DNA of 64,000 nt from Bdellovibrionota bacterium (GTDB lineage Bacteria > Bdellovibrionota_C > UBA2361 > OMII01). Below, piece by piece: positions 29,356-38,651 of this stretch. Positions within the stretch are counted from its first letter, which is position 1; the number at the start of each line of letters is the position of its first letter. The notes beneath the pieces were generated by a model. It ran no database searches. It was not told where the DNA came from and saw only the letters and a program-made list of their open reading frames with translations. The position numbers and the translations under genes are program-made. The DNA lies in the NCBI GenBank assembly GCA_044356215.1, contig JBIKWQ010000005.1:1699-65698 (forward strand). Reading direction: 5' to 3'.

Positions 29356-30333
29356 TTAATCTCCCTGTACCAGCGAGCCCAGTTTACCCAGAACGGACCC
29401 TTCTTCCTTGCCGCCCGGCGCGGCCATCAACATTCTGCCGGCCAGCCGTGAAAATGGCAACGATTGGAGCCACACCGTTCCCGGTCCCTGTAACCTGGCA
29501 AAGAACAGCCCCTCTCCTCCAAAGAGCGCGGATTTCACACCACCTACCTGCTGCAATGAGAAATCGACTGTGGGTTGAAAGCCGACGATGCACCCGGTAT
29601 CAACGTGCAGCTCTTCGCCAGCCGCTAATTGACGCTCTACAACTGAGCCTCCGGCATGCATGAAAACTAGTCCATCTCCTTCGAGCTTCTGCATAATAAA
29701 GCCCTCACCACCGAATAATCCGGTCAGGATGCGGCGTTGGAAAAATATTCCAACAGATACTCCCTTTGCCGCGCAGAGGAAACTATCCTTCTGGCACACT
29801 AGAGCTCCCCCAATTTTATCCAAAGATACCGGCACTATGTTTCCCGGAAATGGAGAGGCGAAAGAGACATGCGCTTTGCCACTTCCCTTGTGGGTAAATA
29901 CAGTGAGGAACAAACCCTCGCCCGTCAGCAACCGTTTACCCGCTCCGATCAGCTTATCGACTACTGATGACTGAGACGCTCGAGCATCTCCAAAAACGCT
30001 CTCCATGACTATGCTCGGGTCCTTGTACATCATCGATCCCGCCTCAGCGATAGCGGACTCACCAGGGTCTAGCTCAACCTCTACAAATTGCATCTCCGCG
30101 CCGCAGACCTTAAAGTCGATTACATCTGAGGTTATTTTCGATATAGGTGGGGGCGCGCTCGTTGTCCTGGTTTTATTCACCGCCAACTCGGCAACATCGG
30201 CGATCGGCCTCCAATCCGGAAACCCATCACGCCACGCATATCCGTTTCGATTATCGCGCGCCTTAGCCGCCGCCACCGACAGATCGAAAGGCCCTTGCTG
30301 CTGCCCGTTGTAACATAAGTACCATGCGGTCAT
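29356..30333 (-). CDS. TIGR00266/AIM24 family protein with N-terminal GYF_2-like domain
   Basis: WYL...GQQQGPFD...YAWRDGFPDWRPI (GYF_2), then MQFVEVELDPGESAIAEAGSM, CQKDSFLCAA, GGEGF, GPGTVWLQSLPFSRLA. Confidence 0.9.
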   Translation of the reverse strand: MTAWYLCYNGQQQGPFDLSVAAAKARDNRNGYAWRDGFPDWRPIADVAELAVNKTRTTSAPPPISKITSDVIDFKVCGAEMQFVEVELDPGESAIAEAGSMMYKDPSIVMESVFGDARASQSSVVDKLIGAGKRLLTGEGLFLTVFTHKGSGKAHVSFASPFPGNIVPVSLDKIGGALVCQKDSFLCAAKGVSVGIFFQRRILTGLFGGEGFIMQKLEGDGLVFMHAGGSVVERQLAAGEELHVDTGCIVGFQPTVDFSLQQVGGVKSALFGGEGLFFARLQGPGTVWLQSLPFSRLAGRMLMAAPGGKEEGSVLGKLGSLVQGD

Positions 30334-30621
30334 CTGAGATCTCCAAATGGAATGATTCTAAATCCTAGATAAGATTATCGTCAGGTTTGCCGCATGTCTC
30401 AATATTAAACCCGCGGCTGAGGGGTGTTTTCAGTGAAAGATTCAGAACAAACCGCCGTTACAGATCATTTAGCTATTCCGCGGCTGACACTTAAAACCGG
30501 AGACCGACAGATCCGTACAGATAAGCTCAAATCACTTTAAATCACTTAAAATTATTTGCTATACAACGCCCATTTATTTCGATAAGGTGAGCGGCGTCTA
30601 CTTATTAGGACCAGCATCTCT

Positions 30622-30861
30622 ATGTCTGACACAGCTCAAAACACCTCAAACAACTCCCAGTTAGACGACAAACGTATCCTTCGGATCGCGGATGTCTGTT
30701 TTGAAATGTTCACTATACAAGAGCTTAAACGTCCAGTAGCGATACTACGAGAGATCGCCCTCTCCTTCCCAGATGCCAACTCCAAAGAGATCCAGGAGGC
30801 GATCAAGATGGCGATCTCGTGGCGCCGAGCTCTCCGCGGCTTTAATGGTTGGACGCACTAA
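30622..30861 (+). CDS. Small hypothetical protein
   Basis: 79-aa ORF in an otherwise empty region, AGGA upstream, helical amphipathic sequence; overlaps the aminopeptidase 3' end by 20 bp. Confidence 0.55.
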   Translation: MSDTAQNTSNNSQLDDKRILRIADVCFEMFTIQELKRPVAILREIALSFPDANSKEIQEAIKMAISWRRALRGFNGWTH

Positions 30862-32107
30862 GACAGACAAAGTCTCCCTGCCATTCCCCGTTGTTAATTA
30901 ATCTAAGGGTACCGCCTTTATAGAGCTCCGCGTCAACTGAGACATGCTCGTCAGAGATCATCATATCTGTGTGAACGACACTCTCGTTGCAGCCGATACT
31001 CTCACATTGTTCTTTAGTAAGATTCTCAAAATCACTCAGGCAGTTCTTATAAGCGAACCCTACCGCGATGTGGCAGGCAGCGTTTTCATCGAAGAGGATC
31101 TCCTCAAAGACCTTACCGCTCTTAAAGACTGGAGAGTCAATTCCTACTAATGCCACCTCACCAAGTCTCTTAGCGCCAGCGTCACTAGCTATGTACTCAC
31201 GGAATGTCTCAGCCCCCGCGGAAGCTTCAAACGAAGCTATCTCGCCATTCCTAAAATTTAAGACCAGGTCCTGGATCAAAACTCCGTTGATGAGAAACGG
31301 TCGTGTTGCTCTCACTCGTCCTTCTGTCTTTCTCCAATCTGGAGTCGTAAAGCATTCCTCTGTGGGGATATTAGGCTCATATGACGCCCCACTTGGCCCC
31401 GTGTCTGAACCCCCGCGGAAACGCGCTCGCTCACTTAATCCTACTACAAGGTCAGTCCCTGGGCCGGTAAATCTAAGCGACTTAACGCCTAAGTCGTTTA
31501 GCATACGCGCTCGCTGATGAAGCACGTTATCGTGTTGCTTCCAGAGAACCATAAAGTTCTCGTGATCAACTCGGGTAATGGCGAAGATATCTCTCCAAAG
31601 CGCGTCTTCAGCCTCGCTCGGTGTAAGCTCAGGATACAAGCGTGCCCCCCACGCTGGTGTAGCTGCCGCGCCGATCGTCCAATGGACCTTTGACTTACCT
31701 ATTCCTTCTTCATAAAACGACCTAACCGATGAGTAAAAAGCCTTTCTCTCCGCGTTTACTCTCTTTGTGTCCACATCAGTTAAGAGGAGCGGGAATTCAG
31801 GGCCGATAATTTTTATCTGCGCTCCATTCTCATCTAATATCTGCTGATACTTGGCCGGCACATGCTTTGGCGTAAGTGTTACGTACTCATCCTTTACGTT
31901 TTGCAACTTAAACCGTTGGAGTCTAGGCTCAATTAGATCAAGCATCACCGCCGATGCGCCAGCGCGGTAAGCCTCTTTAGCGACTAGGAAAACTAACTCT
32001 CTATGCGCCACCTCCGCTGAGATGTTAACTAATTGTCCAGGTTGAACATTCGCGCCCCATGCAACCAACAACTTAGCGTATCTTTCAAGTAGGATCTGTT
32101 TATTCAT
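30842..32107 (-). CDS. M29 aminopeptidase (PepS/AmpS)
   Basis: YAKLLV.WGANVQPGQ, NIPTEECFTTP, LGEVALV, LFDENAACHIAVG, NESVVHTDMMI. Confidence 0.94.
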   Translation of the reverse strand: MNKQILLERYAKLLVAWGANVQPGQLVNISAEVAHRELVFLVAKEAYRAGASAVMLDLIEPRLQRFKLQNVKDEYVTLTPKHVPAKYQQILDENGAQIKIIGPEFPLLLTDVDTKRVNAERKAFYSSVRSFYEEGIGKSKVHWTIGAAATPAWGARLYPELTPSEAEDALWRDIFAITRVDHENFMVLWKQHDNVLHQRARMLNDLGVKSLRFTGPGTDLVVGLSERARFRGGSDTGPSGASYEPNIPTEECFTTPDWRKTEGRVRATRPFLINGVLIQDLVLNFRNGEIASFEASAGAETFREYIASDAGAKRLGEVALVGIDSPVFKSGKVFEEILFDENAACHIAVGFAYKNCLSDFENLTKEQCESIGCNESVVHTDMMISDEHVSVDAELYKGGTLRLINNGEWQGDFVCLSASNH

Positions 32108-32116
32108 AAATCTCCA

Positions 32117-33127
32117 TTACCAACGCACTATATTTCCGCCCCAAGTAAACCCAGCGCCAAACGCCAGGGTTAGAACTAGATCTCCCGCCTTAAGTCGTCC
32201 CTGCTCTACCGCCTCTGACATGCAGATTGGTATGGTAGCGGCTGTTGTATTTCCATAACGAGTAATATTATTAAAAACTCGCTCGGCTGGAAGCCCCAAC
32301 TGTTCACGCACCATCTCATTGATCCTCAGGTTAGCCTGATGTGGGATGACTAAACTTATGTCAGAAGGTCGCAGACCATTGCGTTTTAAAAGCACCTGCG
32401 CCGTCTCTAGTAGTCTGGTTACGGCGTTCTTGAAGACCACCTTACCCTCCATCTGAGGATGCACTAGCCCCTGCTCAAGGTCCGAAGACCTTATAAATCC
32501 AGGGGTCGCAGTTCCTGGAAGCTTCATGCAGAGAACCTCCGCCCCTGAGCCATCACTACCGAGGTATGAATCAATGATTCCAACTTCGCCTTCGCGCTCC
32601 ACCTCTACTGCTTCAATACAGAGAGCACCGGCCCCGTCTCCGAAAAGAACCGCCATCTCTCGGCCCCTGGTTGTCAGGTCAAGTACTGGCGACTGCACCT
32701 CTGCACAAACGAGTAAAACTTTGCGAGCTTGGCGACTCTTTATGTATCCATCAACGCACGAAAGTCCGTAAACCAAACCGCTACACTGGGCTCTAATATC
32801 GAGAGCTGGAATAGTCCGGCACCCGAGCCTATTCTGAAGCAGCACGCCGACACCTGGGAAATAGAGATCTGGGGATAGAGTAGCTACAACTATTAAATCA
32901 ACGTCACCAGTCTGCCAGCTTGCTCGCTCCAGGGCCCGCCGAGCTGCAGCCTCTCCAAGCATAGACGTAGTTACGCCTTCGTGATCTATAAAGCGACGCT
33001 CTTTAATGCCTGTGCGCTCAGTGATCCAAGCATCTGTAGTGTCCATTAGGGTTGAAAGTTCCTCGTTGGAAACTCTCCGATCTGGGACATAGTGTGCTAC
33101 CGAAACGATCTTCGAGGCTAAAGCCAT
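32117..33127 (-). CDS. fabH: 3-oxoacyl-ACP synthase III
   Basis: WITERTGIKERR, AQCSG (catalytic Cys), LFGDGAGA, PHQANLRI, YGNTTAATIP, AFGAGFTWG. Confidence 0.95.
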   Translation of the reverse strand: MALASKIVSVAHYVPDRRVSNEELSTLMDTTDAWITERTGIKERRFIDHEGVTTSMLGEAAARRALERASWQTGDVDLIVVATLSPDLYFPGVGVLLQNRLGCRTIPALDIRAQCSGLVYGLSCVDGYIKSRQARKVLLVCAEVQSPVLDLTTRGREMAVLFGDGAGALCIEAVEVEREGEVGIIDSYLGSDGSGAEVLCMKLPGTATPGFIRSSDLEQGLVHPQMEGKVVFKNAVTRLLETAQVLLKRNGLRPSDISLVIPHQANLRINEMVREQLGLPAERVFNNITRYGNTTAATIPICMSEAVEQGRLKAGDLVLTLAFGAGFTWGGNIVRW

Positions 33128-33198
33128 TATACTCTCCTGAGGAATTGACGACTGTTACTAAACTGCCCTCAAGGGTATATTACATCGCGGCACTAATA

Positions 33199-33633
33199 AT
33201 GGACACCTCACAATTAACCAAATTCAGAGTAGCGATCTACGGCGTTCTGGTCGAGAACGGGCGAGTTCTACTAACAGATACTCGAGTGCCGTCGGGAATC
33301 ATAACCAACTTTCCAGGAGGCGGGTTAGAGCTAGGCGAATCGCCGATTAGCGCACTCGAGCGTGAATTTGTTGAAGAGACCTCAATCGATGTAAAGGTAG
33401 GCAATTTACTCTACTGCTCGCACCTCTTTCAGCAGAACCCTGAATACCCGCATGAACAGTTAATGCATATCTATTATCGGGTCACTCGAGTTGGTAAACA
33501 GGCAAACCTTGCGGGGAATGGAGATGATGTTGCTCAAGCTTCGTGGGTAGCTAGGGGCGACCTGGGGAATAAGAGAATTTTAGCTGTTGACCTTGAATTC
33601 GTTGAAAGCTCCGCGTTCATCTCCCTTTTTTAG
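33199..33633 (+). CDS. NUDIX hydrolase
   Basis: Nudix box GGGLELGESPISALEREFVEETSI. ATG at 33199 avoids the overlap with fabH implied by the track start of 33052. Confidence 0.88.
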   Translation: MDTSQLTKFRVAIYGVLVENGRVLLTDTRVPSGIITNFPGGGLELGESPISALEREFVEETSIDVKVGNLLYCSHLFQQNPEYPHEQLMHIYYRVTRVGKQANLAGNGDDVAQASWVARGDLGNKRILAVDLEFVESSAFISLF

Positions 33634-33694
33634 AATTTGGTTAGCGAACTAGATTCAAGTAGACAGTGAGCTACTCCTTTGATAATTCATAAAT

Positions 33695-34012
33695 ATGCAA
33701 ATGCAAGAAATACTTAATCAGATTGAAAGCGGATCAGGTATACTTAATCACTCGCCTGCTCTAACAGCACTAATCCTAGCCGGCAAAGAACAATGGGAAG
33801 AAGCTCATGCGACTGTGCAGGATGAAACCGACCGCATGTCAGCCGCAGTTCACGCTTACCTCCACAGACGTGAGGGTGATATCTGGAATACCAATTACTG
33901 GTACCGGCAAGCAGGACGCAAGCCGTTTGTGGGGAGTCTTGAGGATGAGTGGCTGGCGCTGGTCGGGGAGCTGGGTATTTCAGAGGCTGAGGCGGATGTC
34001 AGAAACGATTAA
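33695..34012 (+). CDS. Small conserved hypothetical protein (HAYLHRxEGD..N..YWY type)
   Basis: WEEAHATVQ, VHAYLHRREGDIWNTNYWYRQAG recalled as a widespread uncharacterised family motif. Confidence 0.75.
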   Translation: MQMQEILNQIESGSGILNHSPALTALILAGKEQWEEAHATVQDETDRMSAAVHAYLHRREGDIWNTNYWYRQAGRKPFVGSLEDEWLALVGELGISEAEADVRND

Positions 34013-34160
34013 TTAACTTATGAAGTTCCCTTAATCACTCCGCGATAGGAGTTGTCTAATTTCTTCGACTGCCTGCTTAACGCTTTTCGAACGAACTGCG
34101 ACGCCCGGCTAAAAAGACCACGCCTGCCCAATCCAGCTTCAATTATGCTAGGCTCTTACG

Positions 34161-35096
34161 ATGAAGAGTAACCGTTTAATAGCCCTGGCTTTAATTCTTC
34201 TGCCGATCCTAAGCGCATCCGCCTCTCCCAACTTACCCACCTTTGACCAGCGCTCATTTCTCTTTTCCTGGCCCGGGCAAGACGCTCGCGAGAGTATGAT
34301 AGATCCGCGTGAGCCTATCGTTACAGACCGTCCAAGCTTTACGGATTCCAGTAGGACTGTTGGCAAGGGAGTGACCCAGTTTGAGCTAGGCTACATCTAT
34401 TCATATTCAGACAGTAGCAATTCAGATCCAAGGTTCTCGGCTACACACTCGTATCCGGACCTATCACTACGTCAGGGGGTGTTCGCTAATTGGCTAGAGC
34501 TACGAGTGGCCGGCACAATTTCCAGTTTTACTCGGTCGGGTGACAACTATACCGGCATAAACGACCCACTATTAGGATTTCGTTTAGGGCTCTTTGCTCA
34601 GCATGGGTTCCTTCCAGAGCTATCTATTACGCCCAGGACATCGCTACCGATAGGGTCACCCTCTGTAAGGAGTGATAAGGCTTTACCAGCGATCGGGGCA
34701 TCTTACTCATGGAGCATAACTGATTCTCTATCCTTATCAGGTGCAACAAATTTTTCTACGCTGGAGCGACATAGCGATGGTGATAGCTATCGCTCTTGGG
34801 GACAGACGGCGATGATCTCCGTGAAGTCGACAGCGCAGACCTCTCTCTGGATCGAAGCCTACGCGGCTCTTCCTCAGCATTCCAGCGGGGAGCTAGATAC
34901 TTATTACGGGGACGCCGGAGCGCTCTATCTGATTAGCGATAACACCCAGCTAGATCTGCGCATGGGGAGTAAGCTACAGGATCGCTTTGGGCAGGATATC
35001 TTCGCGGCTGTTGGAGTATCGGTTAGGTATAATCCTAAATTCGGCAGTTGCGGGTCTGAAAATGGCGCATCTACCCAAAATCACCGCGTCTTTTGA
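34161..35096 (+). CDS. Putative outer-membrane beta-barrel (MetA-pathway-of-phenol-degradation/'transporter' family)
   Basis: Signal peptide, TDRPSFTDS...VGKG..QFELGY, alternating beta-strand pattern; last ~21 codons come from the palindromic element. Confidence 0.8.
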   Translation: MKSNRLIALALILLPILSASASPNLPTFDQRSFLFSWPGQDARESMIDPREPIVTDRPSFTDSSRTVGKGVTQFELGYIYSYSDSSNSDPRFSATHSYPDLSLRQGVFANWLELRVAGTISSFTRSGDNYTGINDPLLGFRLGLFAQHGFLPELSITPRTSLPIGSPSVRSDKALPAIGASYSWSITDSLSLSGATNFSTLERHSDGDSYRSWGQTAMISVKSTAQTSLWIEAYAALPQHSSGELDTYYGDAGALYLISDNTQLDLRMGSKLQDRFGQDIFAAVGVSVRYNPKFGSCGSENGASTQNHRVF

Positions 35097-35210
35097 ATTG
35101 TCGGTGCTCACCCTGACGGTGCCAGGGTTGCGCCGCCGACAAATTCAAAATACTTTGTGCTTTTGAGTACCTGCGCTATTTTCATCCTCCTTAACTGCCG
35201 AATCTAGGAT
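35032..35210 (-). repeat. 179-bp imperfect palindromic dispersed element, copy 2 (inverted relative to copy 1)
   Basis: Terminal arms ATCCTAAATTCGGCAGTT / AACTGCCGAATCTAGGAT (17/18); central core is the reverse complement of GCGCAACCCTGGCACCGTCAGGGTGAGCACCGA in copy 1. Confidence 0.92.
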
Positions 35211-35267
35211 AATTGACCTTCAGCCCTTACATGGTGCCAATATGGCAGAGCAGCAAAAGCTCACTAG

Positions 35268-35334
35268 GGCGAGGTTACGCCTCGCCTTCTTAGCACCGTT
35301 ATCAAGCAGAACATCGCGTAAGCGAGGTTCTGCT
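35268..35334. terminator. Pair of GC-rich hairpins between convergent genes (terminator or REP-like doublet)
   Basis: GGCGAGG-ttacg-CCTCGCC (35268-86) and AGCAGAACaTCGC-gtaa-GCGAgGTTCTGCT (35305-34); no long U tract. Confidence 0.5.
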
Positions 35335-35338
35335 ATTA

Positions 35339-35767
35339 CTACTTAGAGCTCCAACCAGTAATCTCGTAACCTTTCTTCTGTAGGCAGTGCTCTACAAAAC
35401 GCTCGTATGATGGCGACCTCTGGTTCATATCCTTGGCCGAGTTAAGAACACCGAGGATTCCACCGACGGCAGCTCCTGCTCCTGTAGCACGACCTGGATT
35501 GCTTCTTGTGATCGTTCCAGCCAAGGCTCCCGTTCCAGCTCCGACAGCGCCACCAATTAAACCCTGCTTAGCCATATCGCCGTATTTGTTTGGCTCTTTG
35601 ATATACTGATCCGCCATAGCCATGCAGCTATTAAGATCCGCCTGAACAACACCCATCGGGGTTGATGAGAGCTTCTCGTTAGGAAAGAGGTCTGGTGTCT
35701 TTGGCCCCGAAACAGCCGAGCAGGCAGCGAGACTACAGATAAATAACGACGCAATTACTCTTCGCAT
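35339..35767 (-). CDS. Glycine-zipper lipoprotein
   Basis: Lipobox LAAC; GLIGGAVGAGTGALAG...GAGAAVGGILG; YERFVEHCLQKKGY; ends with TAG TAA TAG. Confidence 0.85.
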   Translation of the reverse strand: MRRVIASLFICSLAACSAVSGPKTPDLFPNEKLSSTPMGVVQADLNSCMAMADQYIKEPNKYGDMAKQGLIGGAVGAGTGALAGTITRSNPGRATGAGAAVGGILGVLNSAKDMNQRSPSYERFVEHCLQKKGYEITGWSSK

Positions 35768-35897
35768 AGATTCTCCGAATAAATATTTCTCTTCACAAAG
35801 CCGGATAGACGGGATCTTCGCATAAAACTTTTAGAGGGAACAGAGGGGAGAACGTTGCAAAACATGAAAAATATCCCAAGCAGATCTGGGATATAGA

Positions 35898-36710
35898 TCA
35901 CATCCCCAACTCTTTCCGCATCACATAATGACTTATCCGGAGGGCTACTCCTCTGGGCAAGAAACGCGAGCCATGGACAAGGGCTTTATTAAAAATACCA
36001 TCTACTACGATGGACTTTTTACCTAAGGCAGACAGTGCTGTATCGGCAACCTGCTCTGCGCTGCGATAAGGCGAATGATACTCGCGATCGCCCAGACCAG
36101 CATGAAACTCGGTCCTGGTTAGTCCAGGTAAAACTGTTAAGACATCTACGCCTGTTCCTAGGCACTCTCCATGAAGCGCCTCTCCTAGGTACAAGTCAAA
36201 AGATTTAGTCGCCGCGTAAACGCTAAACCACGGCGCGGGTAACGCGCCAACGATACTGGAGGTTATAATCATCGCGCCGCGTTTACGTTCCTTCATCGCG
36301 GGAAGCAATCGAGAGGAGAGCTCAACTACCGCACGGCAGTTTAGGTCAACCATCGCCAACGCGCGATCGAGAGGGAGTTTATCTAAAGATCCTAGCAGGC
36401 CAAAGCCAGCGTTATTCACAAACAGATCAACTTCGATCGACAGACGCCGTAATTCGCTACTGAGAGTCTCTCCAGCTCCTGAATCTGTCAGATCTAAAGC
36501 TATCGGAACAACCTGGCAGCTATTCGACAGCGCTTCTAGCTCGGTCTTTAAGGCCTCAAGGCGATCTGAGCGACGAGCTACTAATACGATCCTTGTAAAG
36601 CCACGCTTAGCTAAACGACGCGCAAAACTCGCGCCGATCCCTGAGCTGGCTCCTGTAACTAGAGCCGTTTCTCCGTACCTCTTAACTAAGTCATTTGAGC
36701 TTAACGACAT
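35898..36710 (-). CDS. Short-chain dehydrogenase/reductase (SDR)
   Basis: ALVTGASSGIG, LVARRSDRL, VNNAGFG, YAATK (YxxxK), LPGLTRTEF. Confidence 0.95.
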   Translation of the reverse strand: MSLSSNDLVKRYGETALVTGASSGIGASFARRLAKRGFTRIVLVARRSDRLEALKTELEALSNSCQVVPIALDLTDSGAGETLSSELRRLSIEVDLFVNNAGFGLLGSLDKLPLDRALAMVDLNCRAVVELSSRLLPAMKERKRGAMIITSSIVGALPAPWFSVYAATKSFDLYLGEALHGECLGTGVDVLTVLPGLTRTEFHAGLGDREYHSPYRSAEQVADTALSALGKKSIVVDGIFNKALVHGSRFLPRGVALRISHYVMRKELGM

Positions 36711-36721
36711 ACTCGACAGAC

Positions 36722-37345
36722 TTATAGGGCAACCATTAAGCCAACTTGAACTAACCCCACCATGAATCCTAGAACTCCGCCTAAGACCTCAATAGTCTTT
36801 AACTCGCGAGCTGAAACTTCGTGAATAATCGCCTCAAGCTTGGTTAGATCAAACGATTCTACCTTCTGACGAACTATCTCACTGATGTCGAGCTTATTCT
36901 CAGCCCTTTCAACTACTCTCTCTATTAGGGATGGGAACTTCTCGCTCAACTGGTCACGCAGCAGGCCCTTAACCTGTTCAAGTAAGGGCCCCTGCATAAA
37001 CATACCGATCATCGGGTTTTGAGCAGCGAGCTTCTCGACGAATGAATCGATCTGCTCATTGAGAAAAGCACTCGCCTCTCCTGAGCTATCTACCCCCTTA
37101 AGGGCCTCTTTTATGTCATCCTGAGAGAATAGGTCGCGCTCAATCATCGCGCCTAAACTTTGAGCTATCTCCTTCTGACGGCGCGGTACCAAACCCTGAA
37201 GACGAAGCCCCAGGATCGATACCGGCCGGTGCGGCCTAAACAACATAGCTACTGCTATGTAGTTAGTCACATAACCTATCAGTGCCGAGATGATCGGTAT
37301 TGATATTAAAAAAAGTAGATCAGAACGGGATGTCATCGTCGTCAA
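36722..37345 (-). CDS. DUF445 family membrane protein
   Basis: IGYVTNYIAVAMLFRP, QGLVPRRQKEIA, ELKTIEVLGGVLGFMVGLVQ. Confidence 0.88.
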   Translation of the reverse strand: MTTMTSRSDLLFLISIPIISALIGYVTNYIAVAMLFRPHRPVSILGLRLQGLVPRRQKEIAQSLGAMIERDLFSQDDIKEALKGVDSSGEASAFLNEQIDSFVEKLAAQNPMIGMFMQGPLLEQVKGLLRDQLSEKFPSLIERVVERAENKLDISEIVRQKVESFDLTKLEAIIHEVSARELKTIEVLGGVLGFMVGLVQVGLMVAL

Positions 37346-37805
37346 ACGTTACTGGCTCATCCGATACTGCCGTTGAACGTCCAGCGTTCGCTGCCTTAGG
37401 CAAGGAATCCGCCGTTGGAATACCAGCCAGCACGTTATCGTTAGCTGGTGATGAAGCGTAATCACCATCAGCTCCCTTGGAACCTATAAACTCAACTGCG
37501 TCAGCCAGGATCTCGGTCTTATAGCGATCCTTGCCGTCCTCTTTGTCCTGCCACTTGCTGGTGCGGATACGTCCCTCAACGAAGACTTGACGTCCCTTTT
37601 TTAAGAAGCGTTGGCAGTTTTCAGCTACTTTTCCGAAAACAACTATGTTGTGCCACTCAGTGTGATCAACCCACTGGCCGCTCTGATCCTTCTTGCGCTC
37701 TCCTGTAGCGAGTGGAAAACGAACGATCGTCATCCCTCCCTGGGTAGCACGAGACTCTGGGTCCTTGCCGAGATTACCAAGAAGCATTACTTTGTTTATT
37801 CCCAT
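37320..37805 (-). CDS. ssb: Single-stranded DNA-binding protein
   Basis: INKVMLLGNLGKDPE, TEWHNIVVFGKVAE, KGRQVFVEGRIRT, C-terminal DDDIPF. Confidence 0.97.
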   Translation of the reverse strand: MGINKVMLLGNLGKDPESRATQGGMTIVRFPLATGERKKDQSGQWVDHTEWHNIVVFGKVAENCQRFLKKGRQVFVEGRIRTSKWQDKEDGKDRYKTEILADAVEFIGSKGADGDYASSPANDNVLAGIPTADSLPKAANAGRSTAVSDEPVTFDDDDIPF

Positions 37806-38050
37806 AATTAAATCTCCGAATTGGTTACTTAGTCACGCGATTATATCGGGCCTTGTCCAGTGAAAGTTGCGAGCCAGATCCCTACCCTCCGTCGTTTTAT
37901 AGCCCACTTTAAAAAGCACTTAAAGGGTTGTTTGGGGCTCTTTTTAAGTCCCTTTTAAGAGCTGTGGGCTTTAGGTCCGCGGCCGCCTAGGGTATGATCC
38001 TGAAGCTTTTCCGTTTTTGGTCGATTTAACCCCTTTTAGGCGCTGAAATA

Positions 38051-38623
38051 GTGAAGATTCTTGTAACTACAATACCCTACACCGGCATGAAGATAGACGC
38101 TCCGATCTCGATGGAGGCGCTAAATAACCGTCTGAGAGAGGGTAGCGATGACAACGCTATCACCTTTGAGGAGGCTCCGATGGCGGATCTAACCCTGACC
38201 CGAACACACGGTGGGGTGATCGTAAAAGGCATCGTTTCGGGTCGCTGCAAGCAGGACTGCTCTTCGTGTGGAGATCTAGTAGACCATGAGGCGAGCGCTT
38301 CAATAGATTGGATCCTGCAGGGGGACGCCGACCGAGCCGCATCAGATGACGATCTAGATGATCCTGGAGTAATAGTTTATCAAGGTGATCATGTTGACCT
38401 GGAGGAGCCTCTCCAGGAAGCTCTAATATTGAGCCTCTCCCCTTTCTGGCATCCACCTCGAGACTCTAAAGAGCGCTGCATCATGTGCAAGCGCGACTGC
38501 TCACGAAAGATGTGGCGGGCCGCTGATGAGTCCGGTTCAAGTGAAAGCGCGGATAAGCCAACCAAAGGGGCTAATCTTGGCGCGCTGATCAAGGGAGCGA
38601 TGAAGGAGAAGGATCGAAAGTAA
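38051..38623 (+). CDS. yceD: DUF177/YceD family protein
   Basis: CKQDCSSC, VDLEEPLQEALILSLSP, C-terminal CIMC; GTG start. Confidence 0.8.
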   Translation: MKILVTTIPYTGMKIDAPISMEALNNRLREGSDDNAITFEEAPMADLTLTRTHGGVIVKGIVSGRCKQDCSSCGDLVDHEASASIDWILQGDADRAASDDDLDDPGVIVYQGDHVDLEEPLQEALILSLSPFWHPPRDSKERCIMCKRDCSRKMWRAADESGSSESADKPTKGANLGALIKGAMKEKDRK

Positions 38624-38651
38624 GGGAGGCGTGGTCTTCCCCGCGTCTCCC
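38624..38651. terminator. Hairpin between convergent genes
   Basis: GGGAGGCGTGG-tctt-CCCCGCGTCTCCC imperfect stem fills the whole intergenic gap. Confidence 0.4.

Noticed and set aside
30361-30540. c-di-GMP-I riboswitch candidate (GGCAAACC on the minus strand)
   Set aside because: No GNRA loop or second stem with the GCAAAG/GGGACG pattern.
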